This document shows positions 10,594 through 20,197 of a stretch of 64,000 nucleotides of DNA, piece by piece (the first letter of the stretch is position 1; each line of letters opens with the position of its first letter). A program made the translations under genes and the position numbers. Source of the DNA: a virus; the IMG/VR virus record IMGVR_UViG_3300002835_000015, positions 94,799 to 158,798 of that record, one strand, 5' to 3'. The notes under the pieces are model-generated. The model was not told the origin of the DNA. It searched no databases and saw only the letters and a program-made list of their open reading frames with translations.

Positions 10594-10811
10594 TTTGAGT
10601 TATCCTTTGCCCATTTAACTACTGTGTTAATTAATACTACTGTAACAGGCACAATTAGTGCTGTCATGCTACCAAGATCAAGCTTAGTTAGATTTTCGCC
10701 AATATATGTTAATAGTGCGGCTAAACCAACTAATGCTGCGTTCTTACCAACTGAAATAAGATCAGTTGTATTTAATGAGAATGCTTTTGAACCTACTTTT
10801 AGATCTAACAT
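10590..10811 (-). CDS. Holin-like small protein with two TM helices
   Basis: 73 aa, two hydrophobic helices, charged C-terminus. Confidence 0.55.
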   Translation of the reverse strand: MLDLKVGSKAFSLNTTDLISVGKNAALVGLAALLTYIGENLTKLDLGSMTALIVPVTVVLINTVVKWAKDNSK

Positions 10812-10812
10812 C

Positions 10813-11406
10813 TTATATCTCCTTGAGTTGAGAAATGCTTATTAAAAATCCACCATGCTCCTTGTCATTTATCCTATATGGAAATCCCATCATTTTTACT
10901 ATCTTATCATCTACTGTTTGTACTGTTTTGACTAATTTTCTATTCATTTTTAAGCAAGATTTCAATTCATCAAAAAGATCTTCTCTATCTTCTTCTTTTA
11001 TATAATTGAGCCAATCATAACCTTCTACACTGTTAATAACTTCTTGTGTTAATTCATAAAAATTATTATTGGTCCAAGTTAGTCTACCATGATCATCTGT
11101 TTCAAATAATGCCGCATCATTATAGTGAAGTGCGGCTTTTGTTCTTTGTTCTATAACTTTTTGTCTTTTTTCCATCCTATTAACGGTAGATCTTAAGTCT
11201 ACAATAGCGTCTTTTAGGCTATTTCCACCATTAGTTGTTAGTTCTTTTTTGATTGTTTCTAATGATCTACCAACTTCTTCCTGCCCTTTAACAAATTTAA
11301 CTGTTGGTTTTATTACCTTGACCCACATTAAGCTAAAAAATGTTCCTAGACCACCAATGATAGTAAATATAAAGGTGATATGTTCTGGACTTTTTATGTC
11401 TAGCAT
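10813..11406 (-). CDS. Membrane-anchored PAS-domain protein
   Basis: N-terminal TM, coiled coil, then LFETDDHGRLTWTNNNFYELT...EGYDWLNYIKEEDRE, a PAS signature. Confidence 0.75.
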   Translation of the reverse strand: MLDIKSPEHITFIFTIIGGLGTFFSLMWVKVIKPTVKFVKGQEEVGRSLETIKKELTTNGGNSLKDAIVDLRSTVNRMEKRQKVIEQRTKAALHYNDAALFETDDHGRLTWTNNNFYELTQEVINSVEGYDWLNYIKEEDREDLFDELKSCLKMNRKLVKTVQTVDDKIVKMMGFPYRINDKEHGGFLISISQLKEI

Positions 11407-11432
11407 AATTGCCTCCGTAGGAAAAAGAAGGA

Positions 11433-11464
11433 TAAAGTGCCTTAAGATTTCTCAAAAGGCACTT
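11433..11464 (-). terminator. Hairpin downstream of 11481-12098
   Basis: AAGTGCCTT...AAGGCACTT inverted repeat followed by a T-rich run on minus. Confidence 0.5.
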
Positions 11465-11480
11465 ATCCAAAAATAACGAC

Positions 11481-12098
11481 TTATTCGTTACTATCTTTAG
11501 CCTTGTAGGCAACATTACGAGTTGGTAAAGCTGCTCCAAATCTATAGGTAAGTTCACCGGGAACTGCTCTACTAGTACTTGCAGCATCATCAACGGCTGG
11601 GAAGTTACCGCTGGTAGCTCTATAAGTTACAGCAGTACCAGCACCAGTACCTCTGGTAAGACCGGGGAAATTGCCACTAGATGGAGTTGCAAGAACATTA
11701 AATGTTCTTGTAGCATATGAACCAAACTGAGTAGTCTTTAGATTCTTATTAACTACGGCTTCTGTAGCACCACCGGGGATAGTTAAAATAGTTGAAGATG
11801 ATCCATTGATTTTACCAGCATTGGTATCACCAGCGGCCATTAATAGAAATTCGCTACCAGCGGGTGGAGTATATGCAAAAGTGCCACCCTCTTTTGCCCT
11901 TGTTACACCGTGTGGATCACGAAAATTATTTGGGGCTGTAGGTGTATCTTCAGTTACAACTGTACCATAGCCCGGAACGTCAGCTAAATTGTTGATAAGT
12001 GATAGATCTGTTAGATTTTCACTAACAGCACCGCCATTTAGAACAACGCCACCGTCATTATTGTATGCATTTGCAGAAACTGCTTTTTGGGATGCCAT
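11481..12098 (-). CDS. Probable virion structural protein
   Basis: Gly/Ala/Thr/Asn-rich, strong AGGAG RBS, preceded by GTGTATA motif and followed by a hairpin. Confidence 0.55.
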   Translation of the reverse strand: MASQKAVSANAYNNDGGVVLNGGAVSENLTDLSLINNLADVPGYGTVVTEDTPTAPNNFRDPHGVTRAKEGGTFAYTPPAGSEFLLMAAGDTNAGKINGSSSTILTIPGGATEAVVNKNLKTTQFGSYATRTFNVLATPSSGNFPGLTRGTGAGTAVTYRATSGNFPAVDDAASTSRAVPGELTYRFGAALPTRNVAYKAKDSNE

Positions 12099-12182
12099 AT
12101 TATTCTCCTTTTATTAAATAAAATTTGCAAAGTAATAATTCCGCATCCTTTTATAGTCCAGTTCCTAAAATTATATACACAT

Positions 12183-12662
12183 TTAACAGAATTTATCTTT
12201 TATGTTGTCTGCAAGTTTGTGGATTTTACGTCTAATACTTTCCCTATTTTTACCACGTTTTTCAGATATTTCTGCTATAGTCATATTGCTAAGTCTATCT
12301 TCAATCAAATCCCTATCTTCTGAATTCTTAAACTCGTCCATTAGATCAATACTAAAAAATGGATCTGTATTGGATGCTATATTTTGGTGCAACATTCCAA
12401 AAGACTTATTTTTATTGGCAAACTTAATCTCCTTCATGCACTCAATAAACACGCCCTTATATAGATAAGTTGTAAATTTAGCTCCCTTTTCTGCATTGTA
12501 GTTAACGAATGTTTTCCATAACGCATTAAGTTGGCAAGTCTTTATAGAATCAGCATCTAATTGATTTCTAAATCTCTTAGAAGCCTTATTCATAATTTTA
12601 ACAATATTTTCATCCTTAAGGGCAACCTGTATCTTATCATCTATGCAATTACTCATCATCAA
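12183..12662 (-). CDS. Phage sigma-70-family-like factor (region 2 plus C-terminal HTH)
   Basis: ALWKTFVNYNAEKGAKFTTYL resembles sigma region 2.2-2.3; MTIAEISEKRGKNRESIRRKI is region-4-like HTH. Confidence 0.72.
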   Translation of the reverse strand: MMMSNCIDDKIQVALKDENIVKIMNKASKRFRNQLDADSIKTCQLNALWKTFVNYNAEKGAKFTTYLYKGVFIECMKEIKFANKNKSFGMLHQNIASNTDPFFSIDLMDEFKNSEDRDLIEDRLSNMTIAEISEKRGKNRESIRRKIHKLADNIKDKFC

Positions 12663-13104
12663 ATTCTCCTTTTATAAGTTCTTGTTCAATATCAAATCTT
12701 ATATTCTGAAAATCAAACATCTGTCCTATACCAACAAAAAATCTATAACGACTAAAGATTTTTAGTATCTCAATACCGGGCATTTTATTGAGTTTATTTT
12801 TTATGGCTGGTGTAATATCGAAGTTTGTGTGACCAATCCAGCAGTCAAAATTAGCTAACATAGATATATCATCTATTACCTGCGGAGTGAGTGGCAACAT
12901 CTTATGCAAAGCTGCTGACATCATATCTTTTTTATTGTCTTCATCTTCATATGATTCGTCTTCATCATCGTCATCGTCTTCTTCACCCAAAATATCTTCT
13001 TCTGCTTCTGGCATCATATTCTGTATTATATTCTGTAATATGGGGCATGATAATTGTTTTTCAATATAATCTTCATATTTTTGCCATCCTATTTTTTTAG
13101 ACAT
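12649..13104 (-). CDS. Hypothetical protein with acidic tract
   Basis: EEDDDDDEDESYEDED tract; WIGHTNFDI motif. Confidence 0.65.
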   Translation of the reverse strand: MSKKIGWQKYEDYIEKQLSCPILQNIIQNMMPEAEEDILGEEDDDDDEDESYEDEDNKKDMMSAALHKMLPLTPQVIDDISMLANFDCWIGHTNFDITPAIKNKLNKMPGIEILKIFSRYRFFVGIGQMFDFQNIRFDIEQELIKGEFDDE

Positions 13105-13113
13105 ATATGACTC

Positions 13114-13485
13114 CTATTTTGTGAAAACTTCAGACGGTTTTATACAAGGTTCATCCGCCTTACTATCTTTATGCCCATTTATGATTTTTGCTTTAGTATC
13201 TTTACTAATAAGATTGAAAATTTTAATTAGACAATCTTCTCTACCTTCTTCTACAAGGGCATTTTTTACTATATTCATAGTTTCTAGTATCGCCCTATCT
13301 TCTGCTAAAGTGTCGATTATATAACACAGTGATTCAATAGATTCATCACTATAATCCTCCAGTTCTACATCCACTATCGTAGAATCTGAACCTTTAGAAA
13401 CTATATAACTTATTTTTGCTAAAACTTCATTAGGTTCTGAAACTTGTTCATTATCTGGTTTTTTCTTGAAGAAATTAAATAACAT
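13114..13485 (-). CDS. Hypothetical protein
   Basis: 123-aa ORF in operon. Confidence 0.6.
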   Translation of the reverse strand: MLFNFFKKKPDNEQVSEPNEVLAKISYIVSKGSDSTIVDVELEDYSDESIESLCYIIDTLAEDRAILETMNIVKNALVEEGREDCLIKIFNLISKDTKAKIINGHKDSKADEPCIKPSEVFTK

Positions 13486-14548
13486 TTAATATTTTTCTCC
13501 CGGTGTTTTTCCAGCTAAAATTTTTAGCAGTTGTAATTCCATATTCGTTAACAGTTAAACTATTAGTTATATTTAGTTCATGGATATTTTGCATATATTT
13601 TATAGCAATATTTTTGGCCCTATTATCTATCCTAGCCCAATTACCTTGACCGTGAAACCATTTACCGTCATATGCAGTTTCGGTTTCTTCTATAGGTATT
13701 AACAATGCATTATTAGAGTTACAAAATTCTGTATGGGCAGAATAATCTGTGGCTATTACACGTTTTCCACAAGCCATCATTTCTAATAGCTCTAAATTCC
13801 ACCCCTCTGCTCTTGCTGGAAATATTCCACAATGAGTTTGGGACATTATATTATACACTTCTTGCTGAGTGTTCTGTCGTGGAATAATATGTATTTTAGA
13901 TCCCAGTTTAGACTTTTTATATAGATTTATCCATTCATTTTGTTCCTGCTCTGTGCAGAAAGGATTTTCGCACATCATGAATAGTTCTACATTATCATCT
14001 TCGTTAAACGCTGAGTTAAATATATCAACTAATACATCATGCCCCTTTCTTATTTCCCATTTACCACAATTAAAAAATCTTGTTGGACTATTTTGTGGCA
14101 TTTCAGACGGCTGAAAAATAGATGAATCAACACCCAGCGGGACTACTATAACGTTAGATTCTTCAATAGTTGTATTATTTAATACTATTTTCTTAGCCCA
14201 TTCTGAACATACAAACACTCTATCTAAAGATTGAAGTTGATGCTTTTCAAAATCATTAAACTTATCCAACTCAAATATCGGAAACCCTATTCTGGTTCCT
14301 TTGCCAGCAAATTGTGCCATATCATGTTGATGCCATATTTTAATACATGGGGCATTATAATCATAAAACTGAGAATTTTTTATACATTTAGAGATTATGT
14401 CGGCATCTTCTTGATTTGTTACTTGAGGTTGTCCTATCATGAATAAAGAAACTTCTATGGATTTAGATAGTTCTTTGATAATGTTTAAGGATGATACGCC
14501 GTAACCAAGCTGATTAATTGGGGCCATTACATTAATTTTAGTATTCAT
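13475..14548 (-). CDS. GT-B (family 4-like) glycosyltransferase
   Basis: GKWEIRKGHD, EGWNLELLEMMACG motifs. Confidence 0.88.
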   Translation of the reverse strand: MNTKINVMAPINQLGYGVSSLNIIKELSKSIEVSLFMIGQPQVTNQEDADIISKCIKNSQFYDYNAPCIKIWHQHDMAQFAGKGTRIGFPIFELDKFNDFEKHQLQSLDRVFVCSEWAKKIVLNNTTIEESNVIVVPLGVDSSIFQPSEMPQNSPTRFFNCGKWEIRKGHDVLVDIFNSAFNEDDNVELFMMCENPFCTEQEQNEWINLYKKSKLGSKIHIIPRQNTQQEVYNIMSQTHCGIFPARAEGWNLELLEMMACGKRVIATDYSAHTEFCNSNNALLIPIEETETAYDGKWFHGQGNWARIDNRAKNIAIKYMQNIHELNITNSLTVNEYGITTAKNFSWKNTGRKILNVI

Positions 14549-15098
14549 AGTTTATTTTGTTATTCCTAAAAAAGAACCATCGTTTTAGTTTTGTTACGTC
14601 TTCTTCTTGATTTATATAGCTAAGATAGTTTAATACCTCGCTCAGAGAATTAAATATATGTTCGTGTGGCAACATAAAGAATAACCAATTGGGTGCTTGG
14701 CTTTTACCCTGTTCGCACCATATTAAAACTGGCTTTTTCTCCCTATTAGCTGTTACTATCTCTTCGTATGTTCCACAAGCATGAATATTAAGATCAATAT
14801 GAGCAATAATGAAGTCAGATATATCTACACATCGCAAATCTGCACTGCGTATTATACCAAATTTCTCTTTGATCTTTTCATACTTTTCTGTCTCTTTGTA
14901 GTATTCTATCCAGTGCCTAGTCTCTTCATCTTCAATAACCCCATTGATTGGTTTGTCGCACGGGTCAATGACAGTTACCCCTAGTTCGTTTAGATATGGA
15001 GTTATTCGCTTACGCCAAGTAGTTCCACCGTCTGGAACTCTATCCATAGCACCAACTAAATAAACTCTCATGCCAACTAAGTTATTTATTGAATCCAT
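14538..15098 (-). CDS. Nucleoside 2-deoxyribosyltransferase-like protein
   Basis: VYLVGAM...WR, DLRCVDISD, GTYEE motifs. Confidence 0.75.
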   Translation of the reverse strand: MDSINNLVGMRVYLVGAMDRVPDGGTTWRKRITPYLNELGVTVIDPCDKPINGVIEDEETRHWIEYYKETEKYEKIKEKFGIIRSADLRCVDISDFIIAHIDLNIHACGTYEEIVTANREKKPVLIWCEQGKSQAPNWLFFMLPHEHIFNSLSEVLNYLSYINQEEDVTKLKRWFFFRNNKINYEY

Positions 15099-15489
15099 TG
15101 TCTATGCTCCACCATACTTTGTTAATACCTAGAGATCTCATTATTCTATCACACTTATCGCACGGCTGACTACATCTTAATTCGCCACGCTTATTTAGTC
15201 TTATAATAACCATTTTGAGGCTATTATCTATATAATATTTACCCCATAAACGAGATATTAGATCAGTTTCTGCGTGAAAGTAAGGGTATTCACTATCTGT
15301 ATTGAACCTTTTAGCTAATACTAGTGCTTGAGTATGGGTTTTCTCTGGATTGTTTTGCCCTATTGCAAGAAGTTTATTTTTCTTGTATCCAAAAGCAAAG
15401 TGAAAAAATTTATTCTTAGTTTGTCTTTCCTCTTTGGCTTTAGGTAAAAGGCTCAGTGCTATTTCAAGTGATTGATCTATTATATTCAT
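15082..15489 (-). CDS. Zn-dependent nucleotide/nucleic-acid deaminase
   Basis: HAE ... SQPCDKC motif. Confidence 0.75.
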   Translation of the reverse strand: MNIIDQSLEIALSLLPKAKEERQTKNKFFHFAFGYKKNKLLAIGQNNPEKTHTQALVLAKRFNTDSEYPYFHAETDLISRLWGKYYIDNSLKMVIIRLNKRGELRCSQPCDKCDRIMRSLGINKVWWSIDNGFNK

Positions 15490-15986
15490 GAGAAATCTAT
15501 AGTATTGATAGTAATAAGCTTGATAAATTCTTGAATACTAGTTACTTTATGATTATCAAAAGCTTGTTTGGTTTTCTGTTTTGCTTCTGTCTTTTTGTAT
15601 CCAAGTGCTACAAGCGAACTAATACAATCATTGTAAAGTTGCTCATCTCGTACTGGTTTTGGTTTAGGGGTTGTTGTTGTTGGTGTAATAGTAGGTATGG
15701 TTGCCGGTTGATTAATGACGGGGTTATTTTTCTTAGGTTTGGGCTTATCTGCAACGGTGCGTTTTGGTACACTCTTGACAGCACAGCTTTGTGTTGGTAC
15801 AACCTTTACTTGTTTTGGTTTTTCAATATACGTGTAGTCTTCTACATATCCAATAACAAACTTATCTAGCTTGTTGAAGCTAATTGATTTGCCCTCAATG
15901 TATGCCTTATATGTATAAAAAATTGTTAAGCAAATGATAACAAATGCCCAAAAATTTCCAACGCTAGGATGTGGCTGTGGGTTCAT
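15486..15986 (-). CDS. TM protein with Pro/Thr linker and RuvA-C-terminal-like domain
   Basis: N-terminal TM; DCISSLVALGYKKTEAK resembles RuvA domain III. Confidence 0.55.
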   Translation of the reverse strand: MNPQPHPSVGNFWAFVIICLTIFYTYKAYIEGKSISFNKLDKFVIGYVEDYTYIEKPKQVKVVPTQSCAVKSVPKRTVADKPKPKKNNPVINQPATIPTITPTTTTPKPKPVRDEQLYNDCISSLVALGYKKTEAKQKTKQAFDNHKVTSIQEFIKLITINTIDFS

Positions 15987-16042
15987 AATTTTTTCCTACT
16001 GTGATCATACCATAACTATCGTCACAGTCAAGACGCAAACTT

Positions 16043-16079
16043 AAAAAAAATGGCCCGAAGCACAAGGCGACGGGCCATT
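16043..16079 (-). terminator. Rho-independent terminator after ssb
   Basis: AATGGCCCG...CGGGCCATT hairpin plus T8 on minus. Confidence 0.75.
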
Positions 16080-16103
16080 CCTTAGACAGATTGACTATCC
16101 ATT

Positions 16104-16436
16104 TCACTCTTTAGAGTCTTGCCCTACAATTCCAGACGGGCCTAAAGAAATTTCATCTGCCATTACGCAGATAGAGTTCTTTTGATTCCCATCCTTATCT
16201 TGATAATCATCAATTTTTAGCTTCCCTTGAACGCCAACCAATCTGCCCTTCTTTAGATGATCCTTTAATGCTTCAGCCATTTTTCCAAAACATAGGATAT
16301 TTAAGAATAGAGTATCTTCATTGCGACGATCATTCACGGCCATACGAAACTTTGCCATAGCAGTACCCTTTTGGGTTGTGCTTAATTCCGCATCCTTTGT
16401 TAATCTGCCACAACCTAACCATGTATTAATATTCAT
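16104..16436 (-). CDS. ssb: Single-stranded DNA-binding protein
   Basis: GRLTKDAEL, LKKGRLVGVQGKL OB-fold motifs. Confidence 0.92.
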   Translation of the reverse strand: MNINTWLGCGRLTKDAELSTTQKGTAMAKFRMAVNDRRNEDTLFLNILCFGKMAEALKDHLKKGRLVGVQGKLKIDDYQDKDGNQKNSICVMADEISLGPSGIVGQDSKE

Positions 16437-16440
16437 GCTA

Positions 16441-16776
16441 TCATACCTCCAATGCTGAACGAATTCTACCTCTTACTACCTGTGTATTGCCACGATTATA
16501 AGTGCCTAGTGTAGCACTGTATACGTTTCTAGCAATTGATCGCGGAATACCCAGAAGTCGAGCAGCGAACTCTGTATCTTCACGATTATTACGAAAAAAT
16601 CCAAACCCAGACTTGTGTGCTAAAGCAGTAATTGGATTTAATGTTACACCCTTGTAGTGACCACTTTGAATGGTGGCAACAACACGATTATGATTAATAT
16701 CCCAATGATATGCATCAGCTAGGTTTGATAGTCTGTCAAAAAATTCAGTATAATTCATATCAATCTCCTTCTTCAT
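16441..16776 (-). CDS. Hypothetical protein
   Basis: ORF track; operon context. Confidence 0.6.
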   Translation of the reverse strand: MKKEIDMNYTEFFDRLSNLADAYHWDINHNRVVATIQSGHYKGVTLNPITALAHKSGFGFFRNNREDTEFAARLLGIPRSIARNVYSATLGTYNRGNTQVVRGRIRSALEV

Positions 16777-17204
16777 TGCTATTTAATTCTTCGAAAACTT
16801 GAACATCTTTAACGCCATTTTGCACATAAGCCTTTAGTTGCTCAATCTCATTTTGAATTAAAGCCTGCTGCTTTGTCAATTCTTCAATCCTTTGAGCAAC
16901 ATTTTGCAAATGTGCTTTTGCCATTTCTACAACCGTCATATCTTTTTCTCCTTGTTCTTTCACCTTGTTATACCCATTAGTACTGTCAAAAACAATCATG
17001 GTTTTTGTTCATATGTCATATAATCTAAAACTTGAAGATGAGTCCAATTAGGTTGATAATTGTCATCTGTTCCAAGTCTAGCAATATCTATATATTCACT
17101 TTCTAGCCTGACTACTAGTTCTGCAAGAAATTCTAGCTTGTTTGAGTAAACACATTCCTCTATCATATCTAGAGTCTCTTTTACTGTGCGTTTATTATTA
17201 GTAC

Positions 17205-17630
17205 TCATGTTTGATACTCCACACATTCGACATCAGATTCATGAAATAATTCCCTTGATAATTCAAAGTCTTTTTCCCATCTATCTATTTTGTTTACGAA
17301 TGAAACTATTCTGCTTATTCCTGACTGTATTATTAAACCAGCACATCTTGGACATGGCATAAATGGGTAAGTATATAAAGTACATCCTTCTACAGATTTA
17401 TTAGCAAATAAGATTGCATTTATCTCGCCGTGTACAATAATATTATACTTTGTATCTCTCTCTTTCAGTCTATCATTATCTTCTATATGTTTAGGAAAAC
17501 CATTATATCCAACAGAGACTATTCTATTATTTTTATCAACTATGACAGCACCAACTTTAGTCGATGGATCTTTAGACCATCCAGAAATAAATTTAGCTAA
17601 ATCAAGAAACCTATAATCCCATTTAGACAT
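17205..17630 (-). CDS. dCMP deaminase
   Basis: SKDPSTKVGA, VHGEINA, PCPRC; start taken at MSKWD. Confidence 0.9.
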   Translation of the reverse strand: MSKWDYRFLDLAKFISGWSKDPSTKVGAVIVDKNNRIVSVGYNGFPKHIEDNDRLKERDTKYNIIVHGEINAILFANKSVEGCTLYTYPFMPCPRCAGLIIQSGISRIVSFVNKIDRWEKDFELSRELFHESDVECVEYQT

Positions 17631-18196
17631 TATAATTCCCAAACTATTTGATAGCCATCAAAAATAGGATCTATACCTATGTTCTTCATAAATTGTTTAA
17701 CGTATTTACCTTTACCGTGTCCATTTTCAAAATTGTCATCTACAGCAATTATAGTTCCGGCAGAACATGAAGGCCAAATACATAACAATTCCATAATATG
17801 GTGCATAGATGATGGGTGAGGATTGTTATGATCAAAATCGTAAGAATCTAGATACAAAAGATCTACTGTTTTGTTTATTTCTCTCAACTGTTTATTCATA
17901 TGAAATAAATAAGAAACTGAATCAGAACATATAAGACTTATATTTTTAGTTATACTTTTTGCTAATTCTATATTATATGGATTTATATCTATTGAATAAC
18001 ATTGACCTTTATTGTCTTGAATAAACTTATCAAATATTACAGTTGACATTCCAGCACCGTAATCATTTACTTGTCTTACACAGCCAGTTTCTATAATCAA
18101 CGGACTATCTTTTTTTGATAATTTGTCAATCATCAATTGAAAAGATTCTTTGCGTAATCCATTATTGTTTATTATTTCTTGTAATTCCAGTTCCAT
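17630..18196 (-). CDS. Class I SAM-dependent methyltransferase-like protein
   Basis: IIETG, DLLYLDS, IAVDD motifs. Confidence 0.75.
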   Translation of the reverse strand: MELELQEIINNNGLRKESFQLMIDKLSKKDSPLIIETGCVRQVNDYGAGMSTVIFDKFIQDNKGQCYSIDINPYNIELAKSITKNISLICSDSVSYLFHMNKQLREINKTVDLLYLDSYDFDHNNPHPSSMHHIMELLCIWPSCSAGTIIAVDDNFENGHGKGKYVKQFMKNIGIDPIFDGYQIVWEL

Positions 18197-19239
18197 TAAA
18201 TGCTCCTATCAAAGTGTACCCTATTAACTTTAACAAATTCTGCACATTTTGGAAGGTCTTTTATACTATCTGCCCCAACATATGCACAAGCACTTCTGAT
18301 ACCACCCAATATATCATCAATGACATCTGATACCTCACCCTTATATTCTACCGTCTTAACGCGACCTTCACTGGCCCTATAATTTTTAATTCCACCATAT
18401 TTTTCCTGTGCTGCATGGGAACTCATCCCATAGAATGTTAAAACCCTACTACCGTTTATATGACTCCATTCTCCACTGCATTCCTCTGTACCAGCAATCA
18501 TGCCTCCAAGCATAACAAAGTCTGCACCAGCAGCAAATGCTTTTACAACGTCTGCTGGAGTCCTACAGCCACCATCTGCACAAATTAGACCCAAGTGCTT
18601 GTGTTGTGCTTTTAATCCATGGGCAGCGTGAGAGCATTCATTAATTGCTGATAATTGAGGATATCCTACTCCAGCTTTTAGTCTTGTTGTACATGCTGAT
18701 CCCGGCCCAATTCCAACCTTAACAATATCAACGCCACCGTGAAGAATTAATTCATGAACCATTTCGGGAGTACATACATTGCCAGCCATTATAACGGGCC
18801 TAGTTCCAAACTTCTCCCTTATTTTTGCACAGTGGTCTACAAACTTATCTGTATATCCATTAGCAACATCAATACAGATATTTGGTATATCTTCTATTCT
18901 ATCAACTATCTTCCTAAGTTTGCTGACTTCTTCATCATTAATTCCCATGCTATACCAAAATGTATTTAGATCTTGGAGATTTTCTATATAATCTTCTATA
19001 TTATAATGTTTGTGTAGGCATGTGATACAATTTTTCTTTGATAGAGATTCTGCCATTTCGAATGTGCCAGTGGTATCCATATTCGCGGCCATTATAGGAA
19101 CACCACTCCACTCCAAAGATGAGTGAAAAAATTTAAACGTTCTTTTTACATCGACCAAGGACCGTGAGGCGGCTCGGGATCTCTGTGGAACGAGTAATAC
19201 ATCATCGAAATCAAGTTTTGTATCGTTATTAATATTCAT
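18196..19239 (-). CDS. guaC: GMP reductase
   Basis: AANMDTTG, DVANGY, KVGIGPGSACTTR, YRASEG. Confidence 0.93.
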   Translation of the reverse strand: MNINNDTKLDFDDVLLVPQRSRAASRSLVDVKRTFKFFHSSLEWSGVPIMAANMDTTGTFEMAESLSKKNCITCLHKHYNIEDYIENLQDLNTFWYSMGINDEEVSKLRKIVDRIEDIPNICIDVANGYTDKFVDHCAKIREKFGTRPVIMAGNVCTPEMVHELILHGGVDIVKVGIGPGSACTTRLKAGVGYPQLSAINECSHAAHGLKAQHKHLGLICADGGCRTPADVVKAFAAGADFVMLGGMIAGTEECSGEWSHINGSRVLTFYGMSSHAAQEKYGGIKNYRASEGRVKTVEYKGEVSDVIDDILGGIRSACAYVGADSIKDLPKCAEFVKVNRVHFDRSI

Positions 19240-19251
19240 TATTTACTCCAA

Positions 19252-19290
19252 GAAAAAACCGACAGGGGAATTTCTTCCCCCATCGGATTT
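19252..19290 (-). terminator. Terminator after rIIB
   Basis: CCGA..GGGGAA/TTCCCC..TCGG hairpin plus T6 on minus. Confidence 0.6.
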
Positions 19291-19299
19291 AACACACAA

Positions 19300-20169
19300 T
19301 CAAACACTAACAGCCTGCCTACGCTTGGAAAGAACTCTATTAAGTCTATCCATCTTTGCCGTAACCTCAACAACCCAATCCCGGTTACGCTTCTTACGAT
19401 TAACATGTTCAATATCATCACCGGTCATATGAACAACCTTATCGAAAATGCTATCAAATTCAGATACAACTTCATATCGACAAGTGCGAAGCTTTTGAAA
19501 CTTAGAGTCATTTGGTACGCTAACAACATCGCGTGGATTAACCTTGCAAATCATTAGACGATTGCCACCGCCATCATTATCGTTATCAATATCAATGCCG
19601 CCATAACTCTTAGCATAATCAATAGCACCAACGTGTAGACCCTTACCACAACCGTTGTCACGATTGCTGTCTACCTTACTACGCTGGACTTCGCAAATAG
19701 AACCAACGCGATTGTCAAAAGTGCCGGAATAAATATCCTTGTAGTCTTCGCGTACAGCCTTATAGGACAAGAAACAACCATCATATGTGATAGGCATGTT
19801 CTTGTTTTCCATAAAGTCGAACAACTCAATAACAGCATGGTCAGATGGATTCTGACTAAGATTATCAAGGAAATTCAACATAGGCTCAAAAGGAAAACCT
19901 TGCTTAATCATATCAAGGATTGTTCCAGTAAACATATCGGGCATCTTAATTCCATCCCAACTCAAGCCACCATCTTGGCAATTTACATATCCATCGCAGT
20001 AAGCATTAACATGCGAAATGATATCGTAAGAAGCCTCAAAGTGTTCGACATTGTTATTCTTAAGATGATTAATTAACTTATTATAGTTAGGGTGGGACTT
20101 GCCGAAGCAGTATGCCTGACCACTAACAACCGCAGTAACAGTACCGTCATTTGCAATAATGTATTTCAT
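19300..20169 (-). CDS. rIIB: RIIB-like lysis-inhibition protein
   Basis: DGCFLSYKAV, CGKGLHVG, KVNPRDVVSVP, KLRTCRYEVV. Confidence 0.88.
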   Translation of the reverse strand: MKYIIANDGTVTAVVSGQAYCFGKSHPNYNKLINHLKNNNVEHFEASYDIISHVNAYCDGYVNCQDGGLSWDGIKMPDMFTGTILDMIKQGFPFEPMLNFLDNLSQNPSDHAVIELFDFMENKNMPITYDGCFLSYKAVREDYKDIYSGTFDNRVGSICEVQRSKVDSNRDNGCGKGLHVGAIDYAKSYGGIDIDNDNDGGGNRLMICKVNPRDVVSVPNDSKFQKLRTCRYEVVSEFDSIFDKVVHMTGDDIEHVNRKKRNRDWVVEVTAKMDRLNRVLSKRRQAVSV

Positions 20170-20197
20170 GTTATGTCTCCTTAAACTTATTATAGCG

